A program made the position numbers and the translations under genes. Below the pieces are notes generated by a model that searched no databases, had not been told where the DNA came from, and saw nothing but the letters and a program-made list of their open reading frames with translations. A DNA stretch of 64,000 nucleotides, from contig VGTG01000005.1 of assembly GCA_016874795.1 (NCBI GenBank), positions 15,393-79,392 of the forward strand, read 5' to 3'. This document shows, in pieces, positions 48,636-57,133 of this stretch (its first letter is position 1; each line of letters begins with the position of its first letter). Source of the stretch: Deltaproteobacteria bacterium. GTDB lineage: Bacteria > Desulfobacterota > Binatia > UBA12015.

Positions 48636-48710
48636 GGTCCGGTTCGTTTGCTCGCATCTGCACCCAGGCTCGACGAGCCTGGGTGCAGATACAGCCAAAC
48701 GAACCGGACC
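48636..48710. repeat. 75-bp near-perfect palindrome (cruciform/hairpin).
   Basis: Outer 15-bp arms GGTCCGGTTCGTTTG / CAAACGAACCGGACC, a symmetric 5-nt internal loop, inner 17-bp arms ATCTGCACCCAGGCTCG / CGAGCCTGGGTGCAGAT, and a 1-nt tip. Confidence 0.8.
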
Positions 48711-48735
48711 CCGGTGGACTTCATTCGGACGGGAA

Positions 48736-48923
48736 CCTAGCCTGCATTTCTCACCAGATCCCTACTGCGGCGGCCGATAGCACCGAATCTTCGCGAGCTT
48801 CTCCCTCCGGGCTCCTCGACGTACTGTTCAAGTACGCCTGCGTCGCCCTCCGGTCCGAGGCTCGCGAATCTTCGGCACTCTCGACCGCCTCGCGACGTGA
48901 TCTGGTGAGAAATGCAGGCTAGG
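48736..48923. mobile_element. 188-bp element bounded by perfect 25-bp terminal inverted repeats (MITE-like, or a structured RNA).
   Basis: Left end CCTAGCCTGCATTTCTCACCAGATC (48736-48760) and right end GATCTGGTGAGAAATGCAGGCTAGG (48899-48923) are exact reverse complements. Inside are direct and inverted sub-repeats (CGAATCTTCG appears twice). Two overlapping track ORFs on opposite strands share ...LACISHQI... as a mirror artefact. Confidence 0.4.
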
Positions 48924-48933
48924 ATGCGGCGCC

Positions 48934-49632
48934 TTGACCCGGGTCTCGGCCATTCTCTCCTCGTTGCTCCTCTGCGTGGGGGTGTCGAGGTTCGGGATCG
49001 CTCCCGCCTCCGCGGATTCCTCGATCCGGACCTCGAGCGAGAACGTCTCGCCTCCGGCCGACGCGCTCGCGCTCGCGCTCGAGTCGGTCCGCTGCGCCCA
49101 GAGCGCGGGCCACGGTCGCAAGGCTTCACGCCTCGCGCTGATCGACTACCGCGTGCCCTCTCTCCAGGAGCGTCTCTGGATCATCGACCTCGCGACGGGA
49201 CGGATCGTCTTCCGCGATCACGTCGCGCACGGCCGGGGCACGGGTGAGAACCTCGCGCAGCACTTCTCGAACAAGCCCGGCAGCCACCAGAGCAGCCTCG
49301 GCCTCTTCCTCACCAACGAGATCTACCAGGGTCGGAACGGCTACTCGCTGCGGATGGACGGTCTCGAGCCGGGTGTGAACGATCAAGCGCGCGAGCGCGC
49401 AATCGTCATGCACGGCGCGTCGTACGTCGATCCGATCGGCGGCAAGACGCGCGGCCGGCTCGGTCGGAGCTGGGGTTGCCCGGCCGTGCGCACCGAGGTC
49501 GCGCATCCGATCATCGACGCGCTCGCCGGAGGGCAGTTCCTGTTCGCGTACTATCCGGACGAGACGTGGGTCTCGTCCTCGCGCTTCCTGCAGTGCGACG
49601 ATCGGGTCGCACGCCGCGAGCGCGGCTCCTGA
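48934..49632 (+). CDS. Secreted protein of the murein L,D-transpeptidase catalytic-domain family (YkuD_2-like).
   Basis: Signal peptide; ALIDYRVPSLQERLWIIDLATGRIVFRDHVAHGRGTGE...GRSWGCPAV (conserved Cys within a GC-P context). Confidence 0.65.
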   Translation: MTRVSAILSSLLLCVGVSRFGIAPASADSSIRTSSENVSPPADALALALESVRCAQSAGHGRKASRLALIDYRVPSLQERLWIIDLATGRIVFRDHVAHGRGTGENLAQHFSNKPGSHQSSLGLFLTNEIYQGRNGYSLRMDGLEPGVNDQARERAIVMHGASYVDPIGGKTRGRLGRSWGCPAVRTEVAHPIIDALAGGQFLFAYYPDETWVSSSRFLQCDDRVARRERGS

Positions 49633-49647
49633 CGAGAGCGGGGCAGC

Positions 49648-50853
49648 GTGAGGCGCTGGCTCGCCGTCGTCGCGGCGCTCCTCCTTCCCTCGGCGGCTCT
49701 CGCCGTGCCGTTCTGGGGAGCGAAGCAGTCGCTGCCTCCGGGCACGCCGCCGTCGGCGATCAAGCCGGGACAGTTCGTCTGGGATCCGTCCGACGCGCCC
49801 GAAGGTCCGCTCGCGGTGATCGTCAGCCTGACCGAGCAGCGCGCCTACGTGTACCGGAACGGCGTCCTGATCGGCGTGTCCAGCGTGAGCACGGGGCGGC
49901 CCGGCCACGTCACGCCGACGGGGGTGTTCACCGTCCTGCAGAAGGACAAGGACCACGACTCGAGCCTCTATCACGACGCCGCGATGCCCTACACGGAGCG
50001 GCTCACGTGGGGCGGCGTCGCGCTGCACGCCGGCGGGCTTCCCGGCTATCCCTCCTCGCACGGCTGCGTGCATCTGCCGAGCGAGTTCGCGGAGAGCCTG
50101 TTCGCGATCTCGTCGCTCGGAATGACGGTCGTGATCGCGGACGATCACTCGGCTCCGCGCGACGTCGCGCACCCGGGCGCCCTCGCACCGATCGACCCGT
50201 CGAGCGGCGAGGACGACGAGGATCCGCCGCTCCCGAGCGGCCAGATGGAGCGCTGGGAGCCGGACAAGTCGCCCGAGGGACCCGTGTCGGTGGTCATCGG
50301 CAGGAAGGACCGCCGCGCGGTCGCGATGCGGAACGGGATCGAGATCGGTCGAGCGCGCATCGAGGTCGAGGACCCGGAGAAGGCTGTCGGCGTGCACGCG
50401 TTCCTCGTCGTCGAAGGCGGCTCTGCCGAAGCGCCGCGCTGGGTCGTCATCCCGTCGCGGAAGAGCGGCACCGACGCGGCGCTCGATCCGTTCACCGAAT
50501 CGCGCGTGACCCTGCCGACGGAGTTCCTCGACGAGCTACGCCCGCTCCTCGTGCCGGGAACGACGCTCGTCGTGACGGACGGCGCGATCCTGCCCGATTC
50601 CACCGGAACGAAGCTCGACGTGCTCAACAACGCGGAGCGCCTCTCCGACGCGAGCCGGCGGACGCTCGCCCTCCAGGGCGGTCCGCTGGCCGAGGCCGAG
50701 GCGGACGCGTTCGAGAAGGGTCCGCTTTTCTCGGGTCTCCTTCGTCTTCGCCAGTGGGACGAGCGCGGAAAGGTGCCCGGTCTCGAGATCGCTCCCCTCG
50801 AGAGCTACCGCGCGCTCCTCGTCGAGCGACTCCGCGCGGTCCGCGACGCTTGA
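49648..50853 (+). CDS. L,D-transpeptidase (YkuD domain), secreted, with a C-terminal extension.
   Basis: VSLTEQRAYVYRNGVLIGVSSVSTGRPGHVTPTGVFTV...SSHGCVHL shows the YkuD catalytic His/Cys motif. Confidence 0.8.
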   Translation: MRRWLAVVAALLLPSAALAVPFWGAKQSLPPGTPPSAIKPGQFVWDPSDAPEGPLAVIVSLTEQRAYVYRNGVLIGVSSVSTGRPGHVTPTGVFTVLQKDKDHDSSLYHDAAMPYTERLTWGGVALHAGGLPGYPSSHGCVHLPSEFAESLFAISSLGMTVVIADDHSAPRDVAHPGALAPIDPSSGEDDEDPPLPSGQMERWEPDKSPEGPVSVVIGRKDRRAVAMRNGIEIGRARIEVEDPEKAVGVHAFLVVEGGSAEAPRWVVIPSRKSGTDAALDPFTESRVTLPTEFLDELRPLLVPGTTLVVTDGAILPDSTGTKLDVLNNAERLSDASRRTLALQGGPLAEAEADAFEKGPLFSGLLRLRQWDERGKVPGLEIAPLESYRALLVERLRAVRDA

Positions 50854-50871
50854 GCGCTCGCGGCGTCGGCG

Positions 50872-51708
50872 TCAGCGGGCGGCGCGGCCGCGGAGCCAGG
50901 CGCCGACGCGATGGTACGCCGGCATCGGGCTCTCCTCGCTCTTCGGCTCGTACGGTCCCGTCAAGTACGGCAGGTACATCGAGCGTCGCAGGCTCACGGC
51001 GCCGTCGTGGCTCGACAGCGCGACGCGGTGCCACAGCCGGCCGTCGTGCACCGTGAGATCGCCGGGCTCGGTCTCGACGCAGATCTCCTCCGCGTCGGGC
51101 CGGTGCGAGACGAAGTAGGGCTTCCGGAAGCACATCGAGAGGAAGCCCTGGCCGTGGCTCCCGGGGATCAGGCGAAGTCCGCCATTGTCCGCGGTGCAGC
51201 GGTCGAGGTGGAGGCCGATGTTCAGCATCCGCTGCGGCATCCGTCCGTAGAAGAGATCGCGGAGCCCGTCGGTGTGCCAGCCGAGGCGCGGGTGCACGCT
51301 GCCCGGCACGTTCAGGTACCGATTGACGACGACGCCGTCCTTCTCTCGATCGCCGACGCGCGCGTCCTTGCCGACGAGGTCGAGGATTGGAGCGAAGCGC
51401 GGGTCGTGCACGAAAGCGCGGATGCGCTCCGAGAACACGGAGGTGAACGCGAGACGCTGGAGGAACGGCTTCCCCTCGTGATCGCGGCCGACGAAGAGCG
51501 GGATGCCGAAGACCTGCGTCCGACCCTCGGCGAGCCAGTCCGCCTGGATGCGGTCGATCTCGGCGGCGATCATCGTCACCTCGGCCTCGGAGGCGACGCG
51601 CGAGAAGACGAGGAATCCGTGGCGGTCGAGGAAGGCGCGCTGCTCCTCCGTGACGGAGGGACCGAGGGTGAAGCGCGTCGTCAGCGGGAGATCCGTTTCC
51701 ATTTCCAT
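50872..51708 (-). CDS. Phytanoyl-CoA dioxygenase (PhyH)-family Fe(II)/2-oxoglutarate oxygenase.
   Basis: LGWHTDG (H-x-D) and later LWHRV (distal His) in a double-stranded beta-helix context; start taken at MEMETDL. Confidence 0.75.
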   Translation of the reverse strand: MEMETDLPLTTRFTLGPSVTEEQRAFLDRHGFLVFSRVASEAEVTMIAAEIDRIQADWLAEGRTQVFGIPLFVGRDHEGKPFLQRLAFTSVFSERIRAFVHDPRFAPILDLVGKDARVGDREKDGVVVNRYLNVPGSVHPRLGWHTDGLRDLFYGRMPQRMLNIGLHLDRCTADNGGLRLIPGSHGQGFLSMCFRKPYFVSHRPDAEEICVETEPGDLTVHDGRLWHRVALSSHDGAVSLRRSMYLPYLTGPYEPKSEESPMPAYHRVGAWLRGRAAR

Positions 51709-51790
51709 GGCGGAGAGCCGGATAGCACACTCTTCCCGTCGCGGCCGCCGTGCTAAGACGAGCGGGCAGGATGGAAGCGGAGGAGAAGCC

Positions 51791-52759
51791 GTGAACACGT
51801 CACCCGTCGCCGCCGGCTCCGATCGCGATCCCGGAGCGCATCTCACCGCGAAGCGCGTGCACATCGGAAAGTACGGCCTCGACGTCGGACCGCTCGGTCA
51901 CCTCGCCGCGGAGCGCGCGCGACTCGCGGCGCTCTCGTGGCAGAGCTTCGACGCGCGGCCGCTCGGCGCGACGATCGGGGCAGAGCTCCGGGGCGTCGAC
52001 TTGACGAGCGACCTGCCCGACGAGGTGATCGACGAGATCCGGCGCGCGCTCCACGCGTACAAGGTGATCTTCTTCCGCGACCAGCCGCTCACCGCCGCGC
52101 AGCACGTCGCCTTCGCGCGCCGCTTCGGCGATCTCGAGATCCATCCGTTCATCCCGTCGAACACGGGCCAGCCCGAGCTCGTGCGCTTCGAGAAGTCCGC
52201 CGACGTCGGCGGCTACGAGAACGGCTGGCATCACGACGTGACGTGGCGCGAGCGTCCGTCGATGGGCGCCGTGCTGCACGCCCTTCGCGTTCCGCAGAAC
52301 GGCGGCGACACGCTCTTCGCGGACATGTGCGCTGCCTACGACGGCCTCGACGACGCGACGCGCGAGCAGATCGACGATCTCGTCGCGGTGCACGACTACG
52401 CGCAGGTCTTCGGCCACGTGGTGCAGAAGGAGAAGAGGGCGGAGATGCGCGCGACCTACCCGACGGTCGAGCATCCCGTCGCCTGTACGCACGACGCGAC
52501 CGGCCGGCGCCACCTCTACGTGAACCGCTTCTTCACGAGCCACGTCGTCGGCTTCGATGAAGCGGAGAGCACGGCTCTGATCGATCGCCTTGCGCGACGC
52601 GCCGAGATCGCCGAGTATCAGTGCCGCTTCCAGTGGGAGGACCACTCCGTCGGCTTCTGGGACAATCGCGCCGTGCAGCACTACGCGGCGAGCGACTACT
52701 GGCCGGACGTGCGTGTCATGGAGCGAGCGAGCATCGTCGGCGAGAGGCCGCGCCGGTAG
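51791..52759 (+). CDS. TauD/TfdA-family Fe(II)/2-oxoglutarate-dependent dioxygenase.
   Basis: GWHHDVTW (H-x-D), DTLFADMCAAYD, and ...WDNRAVQHYA; GTG start with GGAGGAG upstream. Confidence 0.8.
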   Translation: MNTSPVAAGSDRDPGAHLTAKRVHIGKYGLDVGPLGHLAAERARLAALSWQSFDARPLGATIGAELRGVDLTSDLPDEVIDEIRRALHAYKVIFFRDQPLTAAQHVAFARRFGDLEIHPFIPSNTGQPELVRFEKSADVGGYENGWHHDVTWRERPSMGAVLHALRVPQNGGDTLFADMCAAYDGLDDATREQIDDLVAVHDYAQVFGHVVQKEKRAEMRATYPTVEHPVACTHDATGRRHLYVNRFFTSHVVGFDEAESTALIDRLARRAEIAEYQCRFQWEDHSVGFWDNRAVQHYAASDYWPDVRVMERASIVGERPRR

Positions 52760-53849
52760 ACCTGCAGGGGCGCGCCGGTCGCGGCTCGCGCGCGGCGGAA
52801 CCCGCCGGCTGACGGCGGACGAGATCCTCGTCGATACGGGCGGTCGCCCAGCGCGGCCCGCGCTTCTCGCGCACGAGGACCGCGGCGTCGCGGACGAGGT
52901 CGCGAAGATCTTTCGCGAGGACGGCGTCGACGTCCTGCTCGAGGCCGAGGCGTCGCGCGCCTCGCGGACCGGGGGCGGAGACGTCTCGCTGGCTGTGCGG
53001 ACGCCGGCGGGCGCACGCGTGCTCGAAGGCTCGCATCTTCGCCTCGCCGTCGGCCGTGCGCCGAACACCGACGGGCTGAACGCGGCCGTCGCGGGAATCG
53101 AGCTCGACGGCGCCGGATTCGTCCGCGTGAACGAGCGTCTCGAGACGACCGCGAAGGGAGCAAGGCCTCTGGCGCGGCTCGCGGAGGGCGGGCAGCTCGA
53201 GAGAGCCGTTCGGCGTTCCGTTCGCGATCGGCACTCTCTCGCGCAGGCAGGCGTACGCGTAGAGCTGGCTCGGCGTCACCGAGGAGTCGTCCTCGTCGAG
53301 AGCGCGCTCGAAGGCGGCGAGGCTCGCGTGGCACGCCCCGGTCGGCCTCTGCACCTCGGTCGAGGTGAGCATCACGCAGACCGCGCGCGAAGCGCCGGTG
53401 CGAGAGAGCGACGCGCGCACGTCGTCGCGGAGCCGTTCCGCCTGCTCGCGCTTCGAGCGCCGCGGATCGATCGCATGATCGGGCTCGAGGTGTGGAGTCG
53501 ATTCCCGGTCCCACGCACCCGGCATCGGCGTGATCCGCGCGAGGGCTCCCTCGACGCGTTCCAGATGCTCTGGCGAGAGGACGGCGGCCACCACGGCGGA
53601 GGCGTGCGCGTCGCGCCGCAGCACGTCCCACGCGGCGAACTCGAGGTCCTCGATGGATGCGAGAGGAACGACGTCGCGGAGCGGTCGAGACGCTTCGTGG
53701 GCTGCGCCGTTCCCGCTCGGAACACGTCCCATCTCCGCGAGCGAGCCGACCGCCTTCGCGAGACCGTGCCGGCACAGCTCGACGCCCGCGATCAGGCTCG
53801 TCGCGACGGCTCCGAGGCCGGGCAGCAGCACGAGGAGCTTGCCGCGCAT
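52716..53849 (-). CDS. myo-Inositol-1-phosphate synthase-like protein (archaeal/bacterial short-type inositol-3-phosphate synthase family); divergent, possibly not intact.
   Basis: N-terminus KLLVLLPGLGAVATSLIAGVEL...IEDLEFAAWDV and core TSTEVQ...HASLAAFERALDEDD...PSQLYAYACLRERVPIANGTPN are recalled from memory as resembling A. fulgidus-type inositol-3-phosphate synthase; no database comparison was possible here. Residues about 225-300 are poorly conserved and Arg-rich. Confidence 0.5.
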   Translation of the reverse strand: MRGKLLVLLPGLGAVATSLIAGVELCRHGLAKAVGSLAEMGRVPSGNGAAHEASRPLRDVVPLASIEDLEFAAWDVLRRDAHASAVVAAVLSPEHLERVEGALARITPMPGAWDRESTPHLEPDHAIDPRRSKREQAERLRDDVRASLSRTGASRAVCVMLTSTEVQRPTGACHASLAAFERALDEDDSSVTPSQLYAYACLRERVPIANGTPNGSLELPALREPRQRPCSLRGRLETLVHADESGAVELDSRDGRVQPVGVRRTADGEAKMRAFEHACARRRPHSQRDVSAPGPRGARRLGLEQDVDAVLAKDLRDLVRDAAVLVREKRGPRWATARIDEDLVRRQPAGSAAREPRPARPCRSTGAASRRRCSLAP

Positions 53850-53945
53850 CGTCCCTCTTCATAGCTGAGCACGCGGGCGCCAAGCCAACGCTGGGCGCTC
53901 GAGTGGAAGCCGCTCATCATCGCGAGCAACTACTTCTACGGGTCG

Positions 53946-54461
53946 TTGCACTTCGTCGTGACGATTGGCGTGCTCGTGTACCTGTACCGCCGCTGGAGCG
54001 ACGACTATCCCGTGCTGCGCAACGCGATCGCGATCTCCTCGGCGATCGCGCTCGCGGGCTTCGCGTTCTGGCCGCTGATGCCACCGCGTCTCTTGCCCGC
54101 CTCGTTCGGCTTCGTCGACACGCTCGACCAGTATCCGACGTTCTGGTCCTTCCAGCGCGGCGCCGTGAACGCGATCTCGAACCAGTACGCGGCGATGCCG
54201 AGCGTGCATTGCATCTGGGCGCTCTGGTGCACGTACGTGCTCGTGCCTCGCGTGCGGAGCGTGTGGGCGAAAGTGCTGGCGCTGCTCTATCCCGCCGGGA
54301 CTCTCGTGAGCATCGTGCTGACCGCGAACCACTTCGTCCTCGACGCGGTCGCGGGCTTGGTGGTCCTCGTGGCCGGCACCGCCATCGCGGGGGTCGCGAC
54401 GCGAGCGGGGCGCCGCGCGCCGGTGCTGCTCCCGGCCGGCGCCTCATGGCGCGATCGGTAG
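53946..54461 (+). CDS. PAP2_C-like membrane protein (sphingomyelin / inositol-phosphorylceramide synthase-related phosphatase fold).
   Basis: Four to five TM helices with C2 motif MPSVHCIW (S-x-H) and C3 motif ANHFVLDA (H-x-x-x-D). TTG start as listed; the true start may differ. Confidence 0.55.
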   Translation: MHFVVTIGVLVYLYRRWSDDYPVLRNAIAISSAIALAGFAFWPLMPPRLLPASFGFVDTLDQYPTFWSFQRGAVNAISNQYAAMPSVHCIWALWCTYVLVPRVRSVWAKVLALLYPAGTLVSIVLTANHFVLDAVAGLVVLVAGTAIAGVATRAGRRAPVLLPAGASWRDR

Positions 54462-54516
54462 CGACTCAGGTTTCGTCACGTCGGCGCGATCCGCGGAATC
54501 GGTCGGCCTGACCGAT

Positions 54517-54541
54517 GAGACAAATTGACGTGGTTTGTCTC
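54517..54541. promoter_or_regulatory. Candidate TetR operator palindrome overlapping a TTGACG -35-like box upstream of the tetR-P450-ferredoxin operon.
   Basis: GAGACAAA-ttgacgtgg-TTTGTCTC: 8-bp perfect inverted arms with a 9-bp spacer, 24 bp before the tetR ATG. Confidence 0.5.
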
Positions 54542-54564
54542 ACGGTGCTAGGTGGGACGGAGCG

Positions 54565-55185
54565 ATGGCGGAGATCCGTACCCTCGAGACCCGGGAGCGC
54601 ATCCTGGAAGGCGCCGCCGTCGCGGTCGCCCGCCATGGGCTCGCGAAGCTCGACATGGCGGACGTCAGCCAGAGCGCCGGTGTGTCGCGAGGGACGATCT
54701 ACCGCTACTTCCCGAGCCGCCGCGATCTCCTGATGCACATGGCGCGTCGCGAGGGCGAGCTCCTGCGCGAGCGCCTTCTCGAGGAGCTGGAGAGCGTGCC
54801 GGCCGGCGCGGAGCGCCTCGCCGTCGCCCTCCGTCACGCGATCGCGGCGACGCGTGAGCATCCGGCGCTGCAGCGGCTCCTCGAGACCGATCCCGCTTTC
54901 GTGCTGCGCGCGCTTCGCGTGCAGCTTCCCGGGATCAAGGCGCAGCTCGGACCGATCCTCGAGCCGCTTCTCGCCGACACGTCGCTCGTGCGCGAAGGAG
55001 GCATCTCGGCCGCTTCGCTCGTCGACTGGATGCTCCGATTGATGGTCTCGGCCTACCTGTTCCCGGATCCCGATCCCGAAGAGATGCCGCGCGTGGTCGG
55101 CGCCGTCTACCGCGCCCTGACGTCCGAAGAGGGTGCACCCCGGCGCACGGCGCGCCGCCGTACGCCGAAGAGGAGAGGATCATGA
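54565..55185 (+). CDS. TetR-family transcriptional regulator.
   Basis: ILEGAAVAVARHGLAKLDMADVSQSAGVSRGTIYRYFPSRRDL HTH region. The stop overlaps the P450 start (ATGA). Confidence 0.8.
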   Translation: MAEIRTLETRERILEGAAVAVARHGLAKLDMADVSQSAGVSRGTIYRYFPSRRDLLMHMARREGELLRERLLEELESVPAGAERLAVALRHAIAATREHPALQRLLETDPAFVLRALRVQLPGIKAQLGPILEPLLADTSLVREGGISAASLVDWMLRLMVSAYLFPDPDPEEMPRVVGAVYRALTSEEGAPRRTARRRTPKRRGS

Positions 55186-56399
55186 GCACTCCGAACCCGA
55201 ACCCGGAGAACCGTCAGATCAACATCATCGACCCGGCCTTCACGCTGAACCCGCAGCCCGTGTACGACGAGGTACTCACGCGCTACCGCGTCGCGAAGAC
55301 GATCGGCCTCAACTCGCCGGTGATCTCGCGCTACGAGGACGTGATCTGGGCTCTCCGGCATCCCGAGATCTTCTCCTCCGAGATGGACATGCACGTCGGC
55401 CTCGGCACGGAGCGTCCGATGATCCCGCAGCAGCTCGATCCGCCGCTGCAGACGCGGTACCGGAAGATCCTCGACCTGCAGTTCTCGCGCGCCCGCGTGA
55501 TGGAGATCGAGCCCGACGTCCGCCGCCACGCGAACGAGCTGATCGACCAGTTCGTCGACGCGGGCGAGTGCGAGTTCGACCGCGACTTCGCGATCCCGCT
55601 TCCGTGCCGCGCGTTCCTCCGCATGATGGGCCTGCCGCAGGAGGACCTCGAGCTCTTCCTCGAGCTGAAGAACGGCATCATCCGTCCGCCCATCGCGAAT
55701 CCCTACGACATCGCGGCCGCGAAGGAGTACCGCGCGAAGACCGGCAAGCGGATCTACGCGTACTTCGAGGCGCTGATCGACGACCGCGAGAAGAGCCCGC
55801 GCGACGACATGATGACCTACTTCACGAAGGTCGAGCTCGACGGGAAGAAGCTCACGCGGAACGAGATCCTCGACATCTGCTTCCTCTTCCTGCTCGGCGG
55901 CCTCGACACGGTGACCGCGACGCTCGGGTGCAGCGTGTTCTACCTGGCGGAGAACCCGGAGCATCGCCGCCGCCTCGCGGAAGACCCGAGCCTCGTCCCG
56001 GCGGCCGTGGAGGAGCTGCTTCGCTGGCAAACGCCGGTGACGATCGTGCCGCGCATCCTGAAGCAGGACTGGGAGCTCGACGGCGTGCAGATGAAGGCGG
56101 GATCGATGGTCAGCCTCCTCATCGGCGCGGCGAACGTCGACGAGCAGGAGTTCGGCGCCGGCGAGGGGAAGTGCGTGCACTTCGAGCGCGAGCGGAACCG
56201 TCACATCGCCTTCGGCGCGGGCCCGCATCGCTGCCTCGGCTCGCACCTCGCGCGGATGGAGCTCCGCGTCGGGCTCGAGGAGTGGCACCGTCGCATCCCG
56301 AGCTACTCGATCAAGGCCGGCGAGACGCCGCGCGTGAGCCCCGGCATCCGCGAGGTGATGTACCTGCCGCTCGTCTGGGAGAAGGGCGGTGCCGCGTGA
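55182..56399 (+). CDS. Cytochrome P450 monooxygenase.
   Basis: Helix-I region FLLGGLDTVTATL, EELLRW (ExxR), heme loop FGAGPHRCLG; 405 aa; RBS AGGAGAGGA. Confidence 0.9.
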   Translation: MSTPNPNPENRQINIIDPAFTLNPQPVYDEVLTRYRVAKTIGLNSPVISRYEDVIWALRHPEIFSSEMDMHVGLGTERPMIPQQLDPPLQTRYRKILDLQFSRARVMEIEPDVRRHANELIDQFVDAGECEFDRDFAIPLPCRAFLRMMGLPQEDLELFLELKNGIIRPPIANPYDIAAAKEYRAKTGKRIYAYFEALIDDREKSPRDDMMTYFTKVELDGKKLTRNEILDICFLFLLGGLDTVTATLGCSVFYLAENPEHRRRLAEDPSLVPAAVEELLRWQTPVTIVPRILKQDWELDGVQMKAGSMVSLLIGAANVDEQEFGAGEGKCVHFERERNRHIAFGAGPHRCLGSHLARMELRVGLEEWHRRIPSYSIKAGETPRVSPGIREVMYLPLVWEKGGAA

Positions 56400-56590
56400 A
56401 GGTTCGCGTCGATCTCGACCGATGCGTCGGCCACGGGCGCTGCTACGAGCTCGCCGGCAGCGTGTTCGCGGAGGATGATCGCGGTCACTGCCTCGTGAAG
56501 CGCTCGACGATCCCGCCGGAGCTCGAGGTGGCCGCGCGGCGCGGCGCGGAGAACTGCCCCGAGGACGCGATCGTCATCGAGGAGGAGTAG
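56396..56590 (+). CDS. Small ferredoxin (3Fe-4S/4Fe-4S type), P450 redox partner.
   Basis: 64 aa; DLDRCVGHGRCYELAGSVF...ENCPEDAI. GTG start overlaps the P450 stop. Confidence 0.75.
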   Translation: MKVRVDLDRCVGHGRCYELAGSVFAEDDRGHCLVKRSTIPPELEVAARRGAENCPEDAIVIEEE

Positions 56591-56611
56591 GGGTAGCGGC
56601 CGGGCGTGCGG

Positions 56612-56884
56612 TCAAGCACGCGCGGCGAAGCGCAGCGGCAGCCGCTCCGGCCCGTTGATCCCGACGGGCGGCCGCCACACGGAGTCGCCCTCGACGGTCG
56701 GACACCGGATCCGCGCCGTCAGTGCAGCAAGCGCCTCCTGCAGCTCGGCGCGCGCGAGCGCCGCTCCGATGCAGTGGTGCGCGCCGTGGCCGAAGGCGAG
56801 GTGCGGCACGGCCGCGGCTTGCGCGGAGTCGATTCGCTCCGCGTGCGGATATGCCGCGTCGTGCCTCCTTCTCGCGATGCTCAC
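56612..56884 (-). pseudogene. Cytochrome P450 C-terminal fragment (orphan, about 90 codons).
   Basis: Contains PHLAFGHGAHHCIGAALARAELQ, the heme-binding FGxGxHxCxG loop and helix L. No upstream P450 body remains in any frame. Confidence 0.55.
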
Positions 56885-57133
56885 GGTGCCCGCGCGCGTG
56901 TGGCTGCCGTTCCTCGGCGATCTCTGGCGCGCCTGGCAGCGCGGGCGATCGGCGCGGATGCCGCACGCGATCCCGTGGGAGGAGCTTCTACCTCTCCCGA
57001 TCGAAGAGGTGCGCCGCGGTCTCGGAATGGTCCCCCTCGAGGACGCGCATCCGAAGGGCGTCTGGCGCGTCGGCGCGAACGGCTCCTGGGAACGTGCTCC
57101 CGCCGCGGCATGAAGCGCGCGACGGAGCTCGCT

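Noticed and set aside
48683-49129. Two small ORFs on opposite strands (48683..48922 plus strand, 48737..49129 minus strand) sharing the peptide LACISHQI...DLVRNAG.
   Set aside because: They are mirror translations of the 25-bp terminal inverted repeats, a symmetry artefact rather than genes.
52696-53883. 395-aa minus-strand ORF overlapping the MIPS-like gene in another frame.
   Set aside because: RS/RR-rich composition typical of an off-frame reading; the in-frame MIPS-like ORF carries the family motifs.
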